Assembly: GCA_934454405.1 (NCBI GenBank)
Contig: CAKSFN010000007.1
Coordinates: 64,321-128,320 of the forward strand
Direction of reading: 5' to 3'
From: an uncultured Eubacteriales bacterium
Lineage (GTDB): Bacteria; Bacillota; Clostridia; Oscillospirales; UBA644
DNA length: 64,000 nt
In this document: piece by piece, positions 54,163 through 61,991 of the stretch
Layout of the letters: each line of letters starts with the position of its first letter
Position numbering within the stretch: position 1 is the first letter of the stretch
Notes under the pieces: generated by a model
What the model was told of the DNA's origin: nothing
Database searches by the model: none
Seen by the model: the letters and a program-made list of their open reading frames with translations, nothing else
Position numbers and translations under genes: made by a program

Positions 54163-54948
54163 TCACCTCCCCTTCAGCGTCTCGTGCGCCCGCCTTACCG
54201 TCGCTTTTATGTCAACGGCTTTTTCGCATTCAGACCTTTTTCCGAAGCTTACGAGAAATTCAATATTTCCCTCGCCGCCTTTGATCGGCGAAAAATCCAG
54301 CCCGTAAACCGTCAGCCCGAACGACTGCGCAAAGCCGATTACGTCCGCGACTGTTTCAATATGATCTTTTTCGCCTGAAACAACCCCGTTTTTAATCTTT
54401 TTTTTACCTATTTCAAACTGCGGCTTTATCAGGCAGACGATTTGCCCATCGTCATCAATGAAATCCGCAAGATGCGAAATAATTTTTTTCACGGAAACAA
54501 AGGAAACGTCGGAAACAACGATGTCTGTTTTGCCGATCTCTGCCGGCTTTATATCAAGAATGTTGCAGCCCTCGAGATTTACCACCCTTTTATCCCGCAA
54601 AAGTTTTTTATCGAGCTGCCCGTGTCCGACATCGACGGAAAAGACCTTTTTTGCGCCGTATTGCAGCGCGCAATCCGTAAAGCCGCCGGTGGAAGCGCCC
54701 ACATCAAGTACGATTTTATCAAAAAAGTTCAGATTGAAGGATTTGATTGCTTTTTTAAGTTTAAGCCCGCCCTTACCGACAAAACCGATGCTGTCGCTGA
54801 CGCCGACGCGGTCGCTTTCTTTCACGTCGTATGCGGGCTTTTTCACAACCTCGCCGTTTACCGTCACATCACCGTTTTTAATATAAAAGCGCGCTTTTTC
54901 GCGGGAACAGAACTTCATTTCCGCGGAAACATACAGGTCAAGTCTCAT
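54163..54948 (-). CDS. tlyA: TlyA-family rRNA 2'-O-methyltransferase
   Basis: 261 aa with an S4-like N-terminus and the FtsJ-type SAM motif VLDVGASTGGFTD. Confidence 0.9.
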   Translation of the reverse strand: MRLDLYVSAEMKFCSREKARFYIKNGDVTVNGEVVKKPAYDVKESDRVGVSDSIGFVGKGGLKLKKAIKSFNLNFFDKIVLDVGASTGGFTDCALQYGAKKVFSVDVGHGQLDKKLLRDKRVVNLEGCNILDIKPAEIGKTDIVVSDVSFVSVKKIISHLADFIDDDGQIVCLIKPQFEIGKKKIKNGVVSGEKDHIETVADVIGFAQSFGLTVYGLDFSPIKGGEGNIEFLVSFGKRSECEKAVDIKATVRRAHETLKGR

Positions 54949-55607
54949 TTTGTCTTCTTCTTTTTGGTTTTACCTTCCCCGAATACGCTGAGAAGCTTTG
55001 CAAAAAAGAAAATTATACTGTTCGCCTTTTTTATCGCGAAGTTTTTACCGAAAGCCTTTCCCGAAACGGTGATTGCAGATATCAAAGCCGTTACGACAAC
55101 CGCCGTTATAAGCTTGTTCAGCCCGAAAATTTCCGCAAAACCGACGGAAATGATGCTTCCGACAGAACCGCTCAAAACGCTTGATATATCACCCATTACG
55201 TCGTTGCAGAAATTTGCTACCGTGTCGGCGCTCTGCGCCCATTTCAGCGCTTTTTTCGCGCCTCTTACCTGCCGGGTGCACATTGAATTCAGACTTTTCG
55301 GATCTGCCGACATAACCGCCGTGCCTATTATATCGAAAAGAATGCCGATAAAAATGAAAACGAACAATATGGCGAACGCTATCCAAACATTCAGTTCTTC
55401 GGAAACGGATTCCGAAAAAAAAGAAAGTCCGATTGAAATAGAGAAAGTAATAAGAAATATGCGCGCCGTCCATTTCCAATTGAACATACTGTCCTTTTTC
55501 TGTTTTTTTTGTCCCGACGGCTGGGTTTCCCTGCTTTTTTTAGCTTCGATATCCGTGCTGTCTTCGCTGCAACTTCGGTCAATCTCTGCGGCGGATTCTT
55601 CTTTCAT
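54945..55607 (-). CDS. oapA: 4-TM membrane protein, OapA-like (OLE-associated protein candidate)
   Basis: 220 aa with a charged N-terminus, four hydrophobic helices and a Lys-rich tail. The stop overlaps the tlyA start. It lies directly downstream of the ~620-nt structured ORF-free region. Confidence 0.6.
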   Translation of the reverse strand: MKEESAAEIDRSCSEDSTDIEAKKSRETQPSGQKKQKKDSMFNWKWTARIFLITFSISIGLSFFSESVSEELNVWIAFAILFVFIFIGILFDIIGTAVMSADPKSLNSMCTRQVRGAKKALKWAQSADTVANFCNDVMGDISSVLSGSVGSIISVGFAEIFGLNKLITAVVVTALISAITVSGKAFGKNFAIKKANSIIFFFAKLLSVFGEGKTKKKKTK

Positions 55608-55634
55608 TTTAATTCTCCCGTAAAAAATATACGA

Positions 55635-56261
55635 TGATAACGCTCAAAGTTAATCTTATGTCTTAGGTCAAGTAGGTTTCCCCGCGGTCTACCCGCTGTC
55701 GCCAAACGGGCGGTTTCCCTTTGAAGCCCACGAAAACCGCATCACTGCGATTTTAACTTGATCGCCACTCAGTACATACTGCAATCCTTTGAGCGTATAC
55801 GGTCTAGGAGATTTCCTCAACGGTTTAAGTCAACGCTTAGTCTCTTTTGCAGGAACGGTTTCAATCCGCAATAAGACGAAATTGCTGCCGCAAATCGCCT
55901 CTGATCGAACATTCGCCGCCCCCACTCAAGACAGGCTACGGCTGCACACAGCGTAATCCCCATTTCAAAAAATGTTTTTGCAAAGTTCCATCGGAACAGG
56001 AGTTACACCGCCTTGCAGGTTTTATCCCGAGTCGTACCACGCAATAAGGCACAAGTTCGGGTCTCCACGGCAAACGGAACAGGATCGTATGCCATTACGG
56101 TTGCCCGTAAGCCATAGGACGCTCTCGCGTCCCCCATCCAGCACCCACCCCAGACTGGGCGTAAGAAGCAAGCACCAGAAGTTTCACAGATATGCCCTTC
56201 GGTGGATTTTTAGCCCCACCCTGGTCGTTGCAAAAACCGACTAGAATACCGCATCATCGCA
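55635..56261 (-). ncRNA. ole: OLE-class (ornate, large, extremophilic) RNA candidate
   Basis: About 620 nt with no credible ORF. It has its own promoter at 56296-56268. GNRA-capped helices lie at 56132-56117 (GGACGC-GAGA-GCGTCC) and 56110-56095 (TTACGG-GCAA-CCGTAA). A 10-bp long-range pairing links 55787-55796 with 55640-55649. The gene order ole-oapA-tlyA-nadK-argR-recN fits. Ends are approximate. Confidence 0.65.
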
Positions 56262-56267
56262 GAATGT

Positions 56268-56296
56268 ATTATAACACATTTTAAGACCGTTTTCAA
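56268..56296 (-). promoter_or_regulatory. extended -10 promoter driving the OLE-like RNA
   Basis: On the minus strand, TTGAAA (56296-56291), a 17-nt spacer ending in TGT, then TATAAT (56273-56268). Confidence 0.7.
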
Positions 56297-56346
56297 TACC
56301 TTTTCGGAATATTTTTTGCATAAACGCATTTTTTGCACATAAAACG

Positions 56347-56375
56347 TTGACAAATCGTGTCAATAGATGTATAAT
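56347..56375 (+). promoter_or_regulatory. perfect consensus promoter of the lipoprotein gene
   Basis: TTGACA at 56347-56352, a 17-nt spacer, then TATAAT at 56370-56375. This excludes the 56367 start given in the ORF track. Confidence 0.7.
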
Positions 56376-56423
56376 TTTGTAGATAAAGTTCGGTCTCATT
56401 ACCGTTTGAGGAAAAAGAGGAAA

Positions 56424-57098
56424 ATGAAAATGCAAAAAGCCGTTTCGTTATTGATTGTTATTTTTGTCGTTGCGTCGCTGTTTTGTTCGTGCGAAGCGTA
56501 CAGCTTCGGGAACATCACAAAGCTCGAATTCTCGGACGATCTTTCGGAGATAGAATTAAATGAGGGCGAAGTAAGCGACACGCTGCATCTTATCGTTTCT
56601 TCAAATGGCGATTTCAACCCTGAAATTATTCTCACGCACTCCGATAAATTCGAGGTTGCGGCAGTCTCCGAAAGTAAATATGTTGTTTCAAATGTTATGG
56701 CTTTTAAGATCAGCGCATTCAAAAAGGGCACGACATATATTTGGTTTGAAACTGTTGATAACAGAATAAAAACAAAAGGAATAAAGGTTACGGTTAAGGC
56801 AAAGGCAGCGAGAGAAGAACATCCTGAAGACAAGCCTATTGAAGACGAACCGGAGGAAATGGCAGAGAAACAACCCGTCAAAAGCGTAGATGAGACGGAA
56901 AACACCGTTCAGACTCCGACGGCGAAAAGTGTTGAGAGCGATGAAAAGAATCCGCAGAAGCCCTCAACGGTATATGTGACGCCGAAAGGAAAGAAATATC
57001 ATTTTTCAAAGAGCTGCGCAGGGAAAAACGCAAAACAGACGGATTTTGATACAGCCGTGAAAAAATACAGTCCCTGTAAAAAATGCGCGGGCGGCTGA
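56424..57098 (+). CDS. lipoprotein with Ig-like N-domain, acidic linker and C-terminal Cys motif
   Basis: 224 aa from ATG 56424, with an AAAGAGG RBS. It has a lipobox-like SLFCSC. The C-terminus is KYHFSKSCAG...SPCKKCAG. Confidence 0.75.
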   Translation: MKMQKAVSLLIVIFVVASLFCSCEAYSFGNITKLEFSDDLSEIELNEGEVSDTLHLIVSSNGDFNPEIILTHSDKFEVAAVSESKYVVSNVMAFKISAFKKGTTYIWFETVDNRIKTKGIKVTVKAKAAREEHPEDKPIEDEPEEMAEKQPVKSVDETENTVQTPTAKSVESDEKNPQKPSTVYVTPKGKKYHFSKSCAGKNAKQTDFDTAVKKYSPCKKCAGG

Positions 57099-57276
57099 TT
57101 TTCCTTTTTAATTTGTCATATATAAAAATTTGTTGACAATATTCCGAAACACTTGCTTTTTTATCTAAATAATGTTAATATAACTGAGGCGCTGCGGCAC
57201 GTCGTGTTGCGGATGCCTCGGTTATTTTCAGGCAAAGTTAAAGAGAAAACAAAGGCACCTTTAAGGAGGATATAAA

Positions 57277-59796
57277 ATGTCTATTCTTACCCTGCCGGAT
57301 ACGACGGAAGTCATCGCGGAGTATCCGTATTTTCCCACAAGACAGCAGCTTTTCATTTGGCGCAACTGGGGAATGGTTAAAACCGAAATCATTGCCGACG
57401 TTCTCGGAACGGATGTTGAAACGGTCAACGGTCTTGCCTCCGATATGGGGCTTGACGTTCCGATGAAATATAACGCAGAGTATGCGAAGCGCGGCTTTAT
57501 AACCATCATCAGAAACAACTGGCAGGTCGTTCCGTATGACCAGCTTATCAAATGCGCGGGAATGACGCGCGACGAGCTTGCTTTCACGCTTAAAGAGGAC
57601 GATTTTCTCGGCGTTAAGCTGCAGGAAAAGCCGAATGTTCCCGAAATCAAATATACCCCGCTTACCAACGCGCAAAAAGAGCAGACAAAAAAACTCAAAG
57701 CGTGGACGGAAAAGCATTTTGCCGCATACAGAGACAAAATAACCGTAAATGATTTTGACTTTATTAAAGATTACGGCAAACCGGAAAGAAAGATGAAGAA
57801 CAACACAAACAGAGCGGTTGTTCTCGACTCTTCATGGGGCGTTAAAAACGAAAGCGGAAACCCCGCCGCCGACATTTTTGCTCAGAATTTCATTGAGAAT
57901 ACAAAAAAAGAATGGGACGTTGAACTTACCGGCGACAAAAAGTTCATTACGCTCAGAATCGTTCCCGACGAAACGAAAAAACAGGAAAGCCATGCGGTGT
58001 CTTTCTCGAAAGACGGCATAATCATTACCGCCGTTGACGAAGAAGGCGTAAACAAGGGACTTCAATACATCTCGTTTATCGCCGACAGAAACGAAGGACT
58101 TACTTTCGACGAAGGAAACATCGTCAGAGACACGCGCTTTGACGTCAGATATACCTACTCCTACAACGCTCTTTACGGCGACGCTCTTCTTGAAGGCGGC
58201 GTTTCGTCGTATCCCGACGAGCTTCTTAAAGAGTATTCGAGAATAGGCATAAACGGAATATGGATTCACGCGGTTCTTTACAAGCTTGTTGAATTTCCGT
58301 GGGAGCCTTCCCTTTCCGATAAATGGCAGCAGCGCATAAAAGGACTTCAAAGTCTTGTCGCAAGAGCCGCAAAATTCGGAATCAAGGTTTATCTATATAT
58401 GAACGAACCCCGCGCAATGCCGATGAGTTTCTTTGACAAATATCCCGAGCTTCTCGGATATTCCAACGGACCCGAGGGCACGCTCTGCACATCCACGCCC
58501 GAGGTTCAGAAATATCTTTCGGATTCAATCACGCAGCTTTGCGAAGCGGCGCCGCAGCTCGGTGGATTTTTCACCATCACGGCATCGGAAAACCTGACAA
58601 ACTGCTACGCACACGTTGTTGAAACTCCCTGCCCGAGATGCAGCAAAAGAAAAGCTTACGAGGTTCTTGCGGAGGTCAACCTCATTATCGCAAGAGCGGC
58701 AAGAAAAGTCAACAAGGACATTAAAGTTCTTGCGTGGAACTGGGGCTGGACGGGCAGGTTCGAATCGTGGGACGATATGGCGAAGGCTATCGGCGACGAA
58801 GGCGTTCGCGTTATGTGCACAAGTGAAGAAGGCGTTAAAAAGACGATCGGCGGCGTTGAAACGTCCGTTATCGACTATTCTATTTCCCTTGTCGGTCCCG
58901 GCGACAATGCAAAAAATGTCTGGAAGACCTGCAAAAAATACGGTGTAAAAACGCTTGCGAAGGTTCAGTTCAATAACACGTGGGAATGTTCGACCGTTCC
59001 GTATCTGCCTGTTGTTGACCTTGTCGAGCAGCATATTCAGGGCATTGTTGACAACAATGTTGACGGACTGATGATTGGCTGGACTCTCGGCGGTTATCCG
59101 TCAATGAACCTTGAGGTTGCAAGTCAGTATTATTGGACAAACGGCGATCCCGAAGATGCGATCGTTTCGATTTTCGGAGACAAGGCGCCCGTTATAAACA
59201 AGGCGACCGCGACCTTCTCCAAGGCTTTTCAAAACTTCCCGTTCCATATCGGAACCCTCTACAAAGGACCTCAGCACATGGGGCCGTCCAACCCGCTGTT
59301 TGAACATCAGACAAAGCTTTATGCAACAATGACGGGGCTTCCCTACGACGATATTGAACAATGGCGTTCCATTTATCCGCTTGACATTTTTGAAAATCAG
59401 CTTCGTCTTGTGGCGGAAGGCTTCAAGGAAGGCATTGACGAGTTAAAATCGTCCGTGACGGAGAAAGACCTTGCGGAGAATAAGCGTCTGGCTGAATTTG
59501 CGGACGTGGCGACGGGAACTTATTGCCTGTTCAAGAGTTCGTATCAGCAAACAGCGTATAACGTTACGAGAAATAAGTTTGACGCGGAGACCGATCCCGA
59601 CAGGAAGGAAGAATACAGAAAACGCATCGTGCAGCTTCTCAACGCGGAAATGGATACCGCGATGGAGATGTACGGCGTTATGATTCACAACTCCACCATC
59701 GGTTACGAAGCGGCGAACCACTATTTCTTCAACAAATACAGCATGATGGAAAAAATCCTCTGCTGCGAATACTTACTCGAAAGATTCGGCAAGTAA
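57277..59796 (+). CDS. large cytoplasmic protein, clan GH-A-like glycoside hydrolase candidate
   Basis: 839 aa with an AAGGAGG RBS. It has a duplicated ~45-aa N-terminal module and a central TIM-barrel-like region carrying an NEP motif (YLYMNEPRAM). The function is not recognised. Confidence 0.8.
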   Translation: MSILTLPDTTEVIAEYPYFPTRQQLFIWRNWGMVKTEIIADVLGTDVETVNGLASDMGLDVPMKYNAEYAKRGFITIIRNNWQVVPYDQLIKCAGMTRDELAFTLKEDDFLGVKLQEKPNVPEIKYTPLTNAQKEQTKKLKAWTEKHFAAYRDKITVNDFDFIKDYGKPERKMKNNTNRAVVLDSSWGVKNESGNPAADIFAQNFIENTKKEWDVELTGDKKFITLRIVPDETKKQESHAVSFSKDGIIITAVDEEGVNKGLQYISFIADRNEGLTFDEGNIVRDTRFDVRYTYSYNALYGDALLEGGVSSYPDELLKEYSRIGINGIWIHAVLYKLVEFPWEPSLSDKWQQRIKGLQSLVARAAKFGIKVYLYMNEPRAMPMSFFDKYPELLGYSNGPEGTLCTSTPEVQKYLSDSITQLCEAAPQLGGFFTITASENLTNCYAHVVETPCPRCSKRKAYEVLAEVNLIIARAARKVNKDIKVLAWNWGWTGRFESWDDMAKAIGDEGVRVMCTSEEGVKKTIGGVETSVIDYSISLVGPGDNAKNVWKTCKKYGVKTLAKVQFNNTWECSTVPYLPVVDLVEQHIQGIVDNNVDGLMIGWTLGGYPSMNLEVASQYYWTNGDPEDAIVSIFGDKAPVINKATATFSKAFQNFPFHIGTLYKGPQHMGPSNPLFEHQTKLYATMTGLPYDDIEQWRSIYPLDIFENQLRLVAEGFKEGIDELKSSVTEKDLAENKRLAEFADVATGTYCLFKSSYQQTAYNVTRNKFDAETDPDRKEEYRKRIVQLLNAEMDTAMEMYGVMIHNSTIGYEAANHYFFNKYSMMEKILCCEYLLERFGK

Positions 59797-59806
59797 TGTC
59801 TTTTTT

Positions 59807-59846
59807 CGGGGAAACGGCTGTTGTTTTGTCGTTTCCCCGTTTTTTT
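59807..59846 (+). terminator. rho-independent terminator
   Basis: CGGGGAAACG pairs with CGTTTCCCCG in a 10-bp stem, followed by a T7 run. Confidence 0.85.
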
Positions 59847-59906
59847 GTAATATTTTAACTCTCCTTTGAATAATTTTAAGTGATAAACAAAGGAGGTTAA
59901 ACACCA

Positions 59907-60836
59907 ATGAACAGTATCAATTACAGACCCGAAGGCACCTGCGCCGTCGATGAAAAACCGTCGCTTCTCCAGCTTGAAAGAGCAAAGGCGACGGACAGGA
60001 TTCTTGAAGCGCGCGCCGTTATGTGCGACAACGAGCATAATCTTATTGTGGATCTCGGAGATATCAAGGGCGTTATTCCGAGGGAAGAAGCCGCGATAGG
60101 CATACGTGACGGCAGCGTTAAGGATATTGCGGTTTTGAGCCGCGTCAATAAACAAATATGTTTCAAGGTCAATGACATTCTGACGGGACACGGACAAACG
60201 GTCGCGCGCCTGAGCCGTGTTTCCGCGCAGCAGGACGCGCTCAACTACATGCTCTCCACATACAAAAAGGGCGATATAATTCCCGCAAGAATAACGCATC
60301 TTGAGCCCTTCGGGGCGTTTGCCGATATCGGCTGCGGAATCGTCGGGCTTATAAGCATTGAAAACATATCCGTATCAAGAATATCTCATCCGCGCGACAG
60401 GTTTTTTGTCGGGCAGAACATTCGTGTTGTTATTAAAGATATTGACTATGAAAACGGGCGTTTTACGCTTTCCCATAAGGAACTGCTCGGGACATGGGCG
60501 GAAAACGCCGCGATGTTCGACGTGGGACAGACGGTCTGCGGTGTGGTTCGCTCAATCGAAGATTACGGGATATTTATTGAATTAACACCCAATCTCGCGG
60601 GACTTGCGGAATATAAATCGGGAATAGTTTCGGGACAGCAGGCAACGGTCTACATAAAGAATATCATTCCCGAAAAAATGAAAATAAAGCTCAGCATAAT
60701 CGACTGCTTTTGCGGCGACGCAAAGCTTGAAGATTACAGATATTTCTGCCACGGAACGCATATTGACGAGTTTGTGTATTCACCTCCGGAAGCAAACAAA
60801 ATAATAAGAACTTCTTTTGATGAAGTTCCCGTTTGA
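59907..60836 (+). CDS. S1 RNA-binding domain protein (multiple S1 repeats)
   Basis: 309 aa with S1 signatures (GDIIPARITHLEPFGAFADIG, GQTVCGVVRSIEDYGIFIEL) and an AAAGGAGG RBS. Confidence 0.85.
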   Translation: MNSINYRPEGTCAVDEKPSLLQLERAKATDRILEARAVMCDNEHNLIVDLGDIKGVIPREEAAIGIRDGSVKDIAVLSRVNKQICFKVNDILTGHGQTVARLSRVSAQQDALNYMLSTYKKGDIIPARITHLEPFGAFADIGCGIVGLISIENISVSRISHPRDRFFVGQNIRVVIKDIDYENGRFTLSHKELLGTWAENAAMFDVGQTVCGVVRSIEDYGIFIELTPNLAGLAEYKSGIVSGQQATVYIKNIIPEKMKIKLSIIDCFCGDAKLEDYRYFCHGTHIDEFVYSPPEANKIIRTSFDEVPV

Positions 60837-60844
60837 ATGATTTT

Positions 60845-60877
60845 TCGGGACGCGAAAAAAGCGTCCCGATTATTTTT
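60845..60877 (+). terminator. rho-independent terminator
   Basis: TCGGGACGC, loop GAAAAAA, GCGTCCCGA, followed by TTATTTTT. Confidence 0.8.
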
Positions 60878-60890
60878 CGAAAAAAAACGG

Positions 60891-60919
60891 TTGACAAAGT
60901 CGTTGCGTTATTCTATAAT
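60891..60919 (+). promoter_or_regulatory. perfect consensus promoter
   Basis: TTGACA at 60891-60896, a 17-nt spacer, then TATAAT at 60914-60919. Confidence 0.7.
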
Positions 60920-60947
60920 AAACTAAACATCATAACGGAGCGTGCAG

Positions 60948-61805
60948 ATGAAAAAGGATAAAAAGAACACGGAAGAATTGCTCGGGCAAATCAAATATGA
61001 CAGCGGCGCGACCTCGGTTATCGGCGCAGATATCGCAGTTCTCGTCGCCGTTTCAGCGATCGAGTTTATCGCGGGAATTTTCATGAACGGATATTCTGTG
61101 GCGGCGGACGCTCTTCACAATATTATTTCCGCTGTTTTTTGCGTAAAACTCGGCAAAAAAATCAAAAAAATCTTCGCCGCCGCAATGATTCCTTTTTCGC
61201 TCGCAGGCGTATATTTCGGGTTCGTTCTCACAACGCTCAAGGTATCTTATCTTGACCGCGCACCGAAAATCTGGCTGTTTATGATCATCATCCCCGTTTT
61301 GCTGTTGAAAACGGGCTTCGCTATAAATACGGCGGATAAAATCAAACTCAACGGCGTTCGGTGGTTAAAACCCGTTTCCGCTCAAATGAACGTCTGTGTG
61401 CTGACTGCCGTCGCCTCTTTCGTCGGTTTGTTTTCCTCATTTTTCATCAGCTTCTACATTGAGGCTGCGATAGCAACTGCGGTAAGCCTTCTTTCTCTGA
61501 TTGAATGCTTCCGCGTTTTCGGGCAGTTCAGGGCGGAATATCTTGAAAAAGTTATCGAAAACGATACCGTCAAGATTGAGGTTGAGCGGGAACCCGACGA
61601 ATTTGCCCCGATCTCCGTCGGTGAAATACATCTTCTTTCAAAGTCAATGGGCGTTGACGATACGGATGAAGAAACTGCCAAGACGGAAACGGAGAAAACC
61701 TCTGGCGCTGTGACGGTCGGTGAGAAAAACAACGAAAAAGAAAAAAAGAAGACGGAAAAAATTTTCCGCGACGAAAACAGGAACGACGAAGACGACGACT
61801 GGTAA
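60948..61805 (+). CDS. membrane protein with degenerate CDF-like motif and charged C-terminal tail
   Basis: 285 aa from ATG 60948, with an ACGGAG RBS. It has five or six hydrophobic helices and an AADALHNIIS motif resembling cation-diffusion-facilitator TM2. The tail is rich in Glu, Lys and Asp. Confidence 0.7.
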   Translation: MKKDKKNTEELLGQIKYDSGATSVIGADIAVLVAVSAIEFIAGIFMNGYSVAADALHNIISAVFCVKLGKKIKKIFAAAMIPFSLAGVYFGFVLTTLKVSYLDRAPKIWLFMIIIPVLLLKTGFAINTADKIKLNGVRWLKPVSAQMNVCVLTAVASFVGLFSSFFISFYIEAAIATAVSLLSLIECFRVFGQFRAEYLEKVIENDTVKIEVEREPDEFAPISVGEIHLLSKSMGVDDTDEETAKTETEKTSGAVTVGEKNNEKEKKKTEKIFRDENRNDEDDDW

Positions 61806-61843
61806 AGAAACGGCGGTTGCAAAAAAGCAATCGCCGTTTCTTT
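61804..61843. terminator. bidirectional terminator between convergent genes
   Basis: AAAGAAACGGCGGTTGC, loop AAAAAA, GCAATCGCCGTTTCTTT: a 17-bp stem with one mismatch. Confidence 0.8.
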
Positions 61844-61988
61844 ACATATAAGCGCGTTTAAGTCTTAAAAACACCGTTTCCGCTTCCTCTTTCGAAAGAA
61901 GGATTCCGTATTTTTCGGCTGTCAGACGCAATTCTTCCGCCGAACGCGCGTTTTTGAGCATTTTAATTCTCTTAAGATATTCTTCCAT
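61842..61988 (-). CDS. 48-aa hypothetical protein immediately downstream of glnA
   Basis: The ATG at 61988 lies 3 nt after the glnA stop. The product is MEEYLKRIKMLKNARSAEELRLTAEKYGILLSKEEAETVFLRLKRAYM. It ends inside the terminator stem and falls below the ORF-track size cut-off. Confidence 0.4.
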   Translation of the reverse strand: MEEYLKRIKMLKNARSAEELRLTAEKYGILLSKEEAETVFLRLKRAYM

Positions 61989-61991
61989 ACG

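Noticed and set aside
54442-55623. 393-aa plus-strand ORF opposite tlyA and the OapA-like gene. The 397-aa minus ORF at 14499-15692, opposite the 403-aa gene, is comparable.
   Set aside because: The partner strand encodes proteins with clear motifs or normal composition and proper RBSs. These frames are repetitive, Phe/Ile/Arg-rich and lack start-site signals.
55847-56244. 66-aa and 90-aa plus-strand ORFs inside the OLE-like region.
   Set aside because: They have no RBS and Pro/Arg/Ser-rich composition, and they lie opposite the promoter-defined transcript. They are most likely chance frames in GC-balanced structured RNA.
55635-56261. Alternative identities for the structured ORF-free region: RNase P RNA, tmRNA or a group II intron.
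   Set aside because: A GAGGAAA string exists on the minus strand (around 55830). It is followed by TCTCC rather than GTCC, and it lies about 440 nt from the 5' end instead of near it. There is no ACAGAA...GGCTTA module. There is no tRNA-like GGGG...CCA frame or tag-peptide ORF for tmRNA. I saw no GUGYG 5' end and no domain V. Synteny fits OLE instead.
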